A DNA stretch of 64,000 nt, from positions 171,864,001 through 171,928,000 of the forward strand of contig NC_042997.1 of NCBI RefSeq assembly GCF_006345805.1, read 5' to 3'. The notes under the pieces are model-generated. The model had not been told where the DNA came from, did not search any database, and was given only the letters and a program-made list of their open reading frames with translations. The stretch comes from Octopus sinensis (taxonomy: Eukaryota). A program made the position numbers and the translations under genes. Within the stretch, counting starts at the first letter, position 1, and the number at the start of each line of letters is the position of its first letter. This document shows positions 62,060 through 64,000 of the stretch, piece after piece.

Positions 62060-62869
62060 AAACGTTGAAAAATCCATGTGGTCTAAACAATTTCACAGTA
62101 TTTATACTTGAATAATGGCAGGAAAGGCTTCATCTTGCATTATCTCAAAGCTACGAGAATTCAATTACATGATTTGTTTATTTTTTTAATAATTTCGTAG
62201 AGCAGTCTGATACGGCCGGATTTGGCCAGTTTGAACAAATACAGGGGAATTAATTTTGGCTGGTTTGAACACTTATCCTGTAACCTTCTTGTTAGGTTTA
62301 TAGGCTTGAAAGTGAAAATCTTCCAATGTATACTATATTTGATGGCATAAAATAAAATTAAATAGAAGTTAACCTCAGTGGAATTTGAACGCAAAGCACT
62401 GAGGTTGGAACAAATACCACAAAGCATTTTATTCAATACTCTGATGACTCTGCCGGGGAGAATAATTTAACGCGCATACCTACAAACAAACATACATATG
62501 TTTTATCAATATCGTATTTGTTTTTATTTTTAACAGACTAAACTTATATGGCTTTGTTAAGAATTCCTTGCACTCTTACAAGTGGCTACTGGAAGCTGAA
62601 AATGTGGTATTGCAAAGAATGTACTGATAATGAGAGAAAGCATTCTAGCTTAGATTAATAGGTTTTGACAGAAATGACAAACAAGCGTGAAAATCCACTT
62701 AAAGAGAAACATTAAAAAGTAAAAAAACTTTTACTATTTTGCAAGAAATTATATCAACAGCAGCAACAGCAGCAGTGGCAGCAGCAAACAACAATATAAT
62801 ACATGCTAGTAAGAGAGCTTTGCACAAATGTTTGACTATTAAGAGTAGCAAATAACTCTCTCTCTCTCT

Positions 62870-63178
62870 CTCTTCCTCTTAAGAGCTGTTCTTCACTCCT
62901 GCTCCAGAGCGTCGGCTGCGGGGTCATTCCAAAAAGCTCTACCTGCGACGATTTCATCTCAATCGAAGGAGAGGAGCTTTCTCCATCCGGGTTGCGGATC
63001 CGTGGAACAAGCTGCCAGACGAGATGGTGAAGATGCCGACGACCGCTTTGTTCAAAGCCTCCCTTGACCTCAAGTGGCCTGAACTCTTTACATGAACACC
63101 ACCCTGTACTTAACTCCATGTCCCCCTACATGGCCTTGCTATTTGCTTTTGAGCCAAATTAACTAACTAACTAACTAA
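62870..63178 (+). mobile_element. CR1-clade LINE 3' end, young
   Basis: RLRGHSKKLYLRRFHLNRRRGAFSIRVADPWNKLPDEMV...FKASLD, CpG-rich, (TAAC)n tail. Confidence 0.9.
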
Positions 63179-63282
63179 CACTTTCAAGAATACTCCACCA
63201 TCTTAGAAAAGAATTCATTGGATAATCTGGTTCTGGATTCCCAACCTATGGATAAAATATGAGTTGGTCACAACTTGGAATA

Positions 63283-63655
63283 ATCATCATCATTGTTCGA
63301 CCATGGTCGAGACAATGGAATTTACCATGCTACGCCAGACTTCACGGTCCATCATAGCATTACGGAGGTCCTGTTGCTGGATGCCCGTATCCCTGGAGAT
63401 TACATCAGGGTAGGAGAGTGTGTGCCCTCTGGTATTGCGAGTAAATGGCTTCCAGAGGAGAAGAGTAGAAATTGCCTCGTTTTCAGCTCTACAACAATGT
63501 CCAGCAAACTGGACTCTCCTACCTTTCACAAGAGATGACACAGGTGGTAGTTTCCCATATATTTGCATTTTGGTTGGATGACGCTTCCACGAGAGATTTT
63601 GAGCTCTCATAAGGAGGATTAATAATGGTTTCAAATTTTTGCACAAGGCCAGCAA
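63283..63655 (-). mobile_element. RTE-like LINE 3' end (family distinct from 36928-39206)
   Basis: RRVQFAGHCCR...LLWKP...YPDVISRDTG...MMDREVWR, followed by a (TGA)n tail. Confidence 0.82.
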
Positions 63656-63659
63656 ATTT

Positions 63660-63760
63660 CAGGGAGTGGGTAAGTCAATTTCATTGACTCCCCCGTGTTC
63701 AACTTGTTCTTATTTCATTGACCCTGAAAATATGAAAATGAAAGTCAACCTCGGCAAAAA
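63660..63760 (-). mobile_element. SINE family B fragment
   Basis: TATGAAAATGAAAGTCAACCTCGGC matches the family B core in reverse. Confidence 0.55.
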
Positions 63761-64000
63761 TAGTTGAAGACAGGTGTGGTGAATAGAATTGAACCTAAGA
63801 CCACATGATCATAAAGTAAGTTTCTCAACTGCACAGCCATATCTGCATATTAATAACAATTGTTTTTTATTGGTTTGTTGTAAAATTATAACTTTAAAAT
63901 TGAAAATTTCACATAAACTAATTATATCTGCAATCTACATGATCAAATCTGCAATTTTCTAAAGCAATTTTGAGAAAGCTGTACCCAGATAAAGAAAAAG

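Noticed and set aside
48-63655. Dozens of ORFs rich in YI, HT, CV, MYVC, poly-N, poly-H or poly-Y (for example 12212-12529, 22444-22874, 34875-35612, 43945-44205, 45290-45999)
   Set aside because: They are translations of (TA)n, (CA)n, (TATG)n, (AAT)n and (CAT)n tracts that lack stop codons. There is no coding evidence.

Overview
AT-rich, microsatellite-saturated animal genomic DNA, not prokaryotic. The SINE and LINE repertoire looks like octopus or another coleoid cephalopod (inferred from memory of those repeat families, not from a search). No intact protein-coding gene, rRNA, tRNA or CRISPR array can be supported, and most long ORFs in the track are microsatellite artefacts. The window is a mosaic of decayed transposons: R4/Dong-type RLE LINEs at (TAA)n, RTE, CR1, Penelope-like elements, Ty3/gypsy, piggyBac, hAT, several MITEs and three tRNA-derived SINE families, plus a few weak candidate host exons. 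Two things stand out. (1) Several type I hammerhead-ribozyme motifs sit in non-coding elements at (TA)n tracts. The best is a young 549-nt-period unit (9049-9783) whose structure suggests reverse transcription of a circular or multimeric self-cleaving RNA (retrozyme-like). (2) A head-to-tail pair of ~1.7-kb ORF1-only, RT-less retroposons (58245-62077) is delimited by a thrice-repeated ~19-nt junction motif, lies just upstream of a piggyBac transposase ORF, and shares its 3' tail with a SINE family. All alignments and folds were done by eye.
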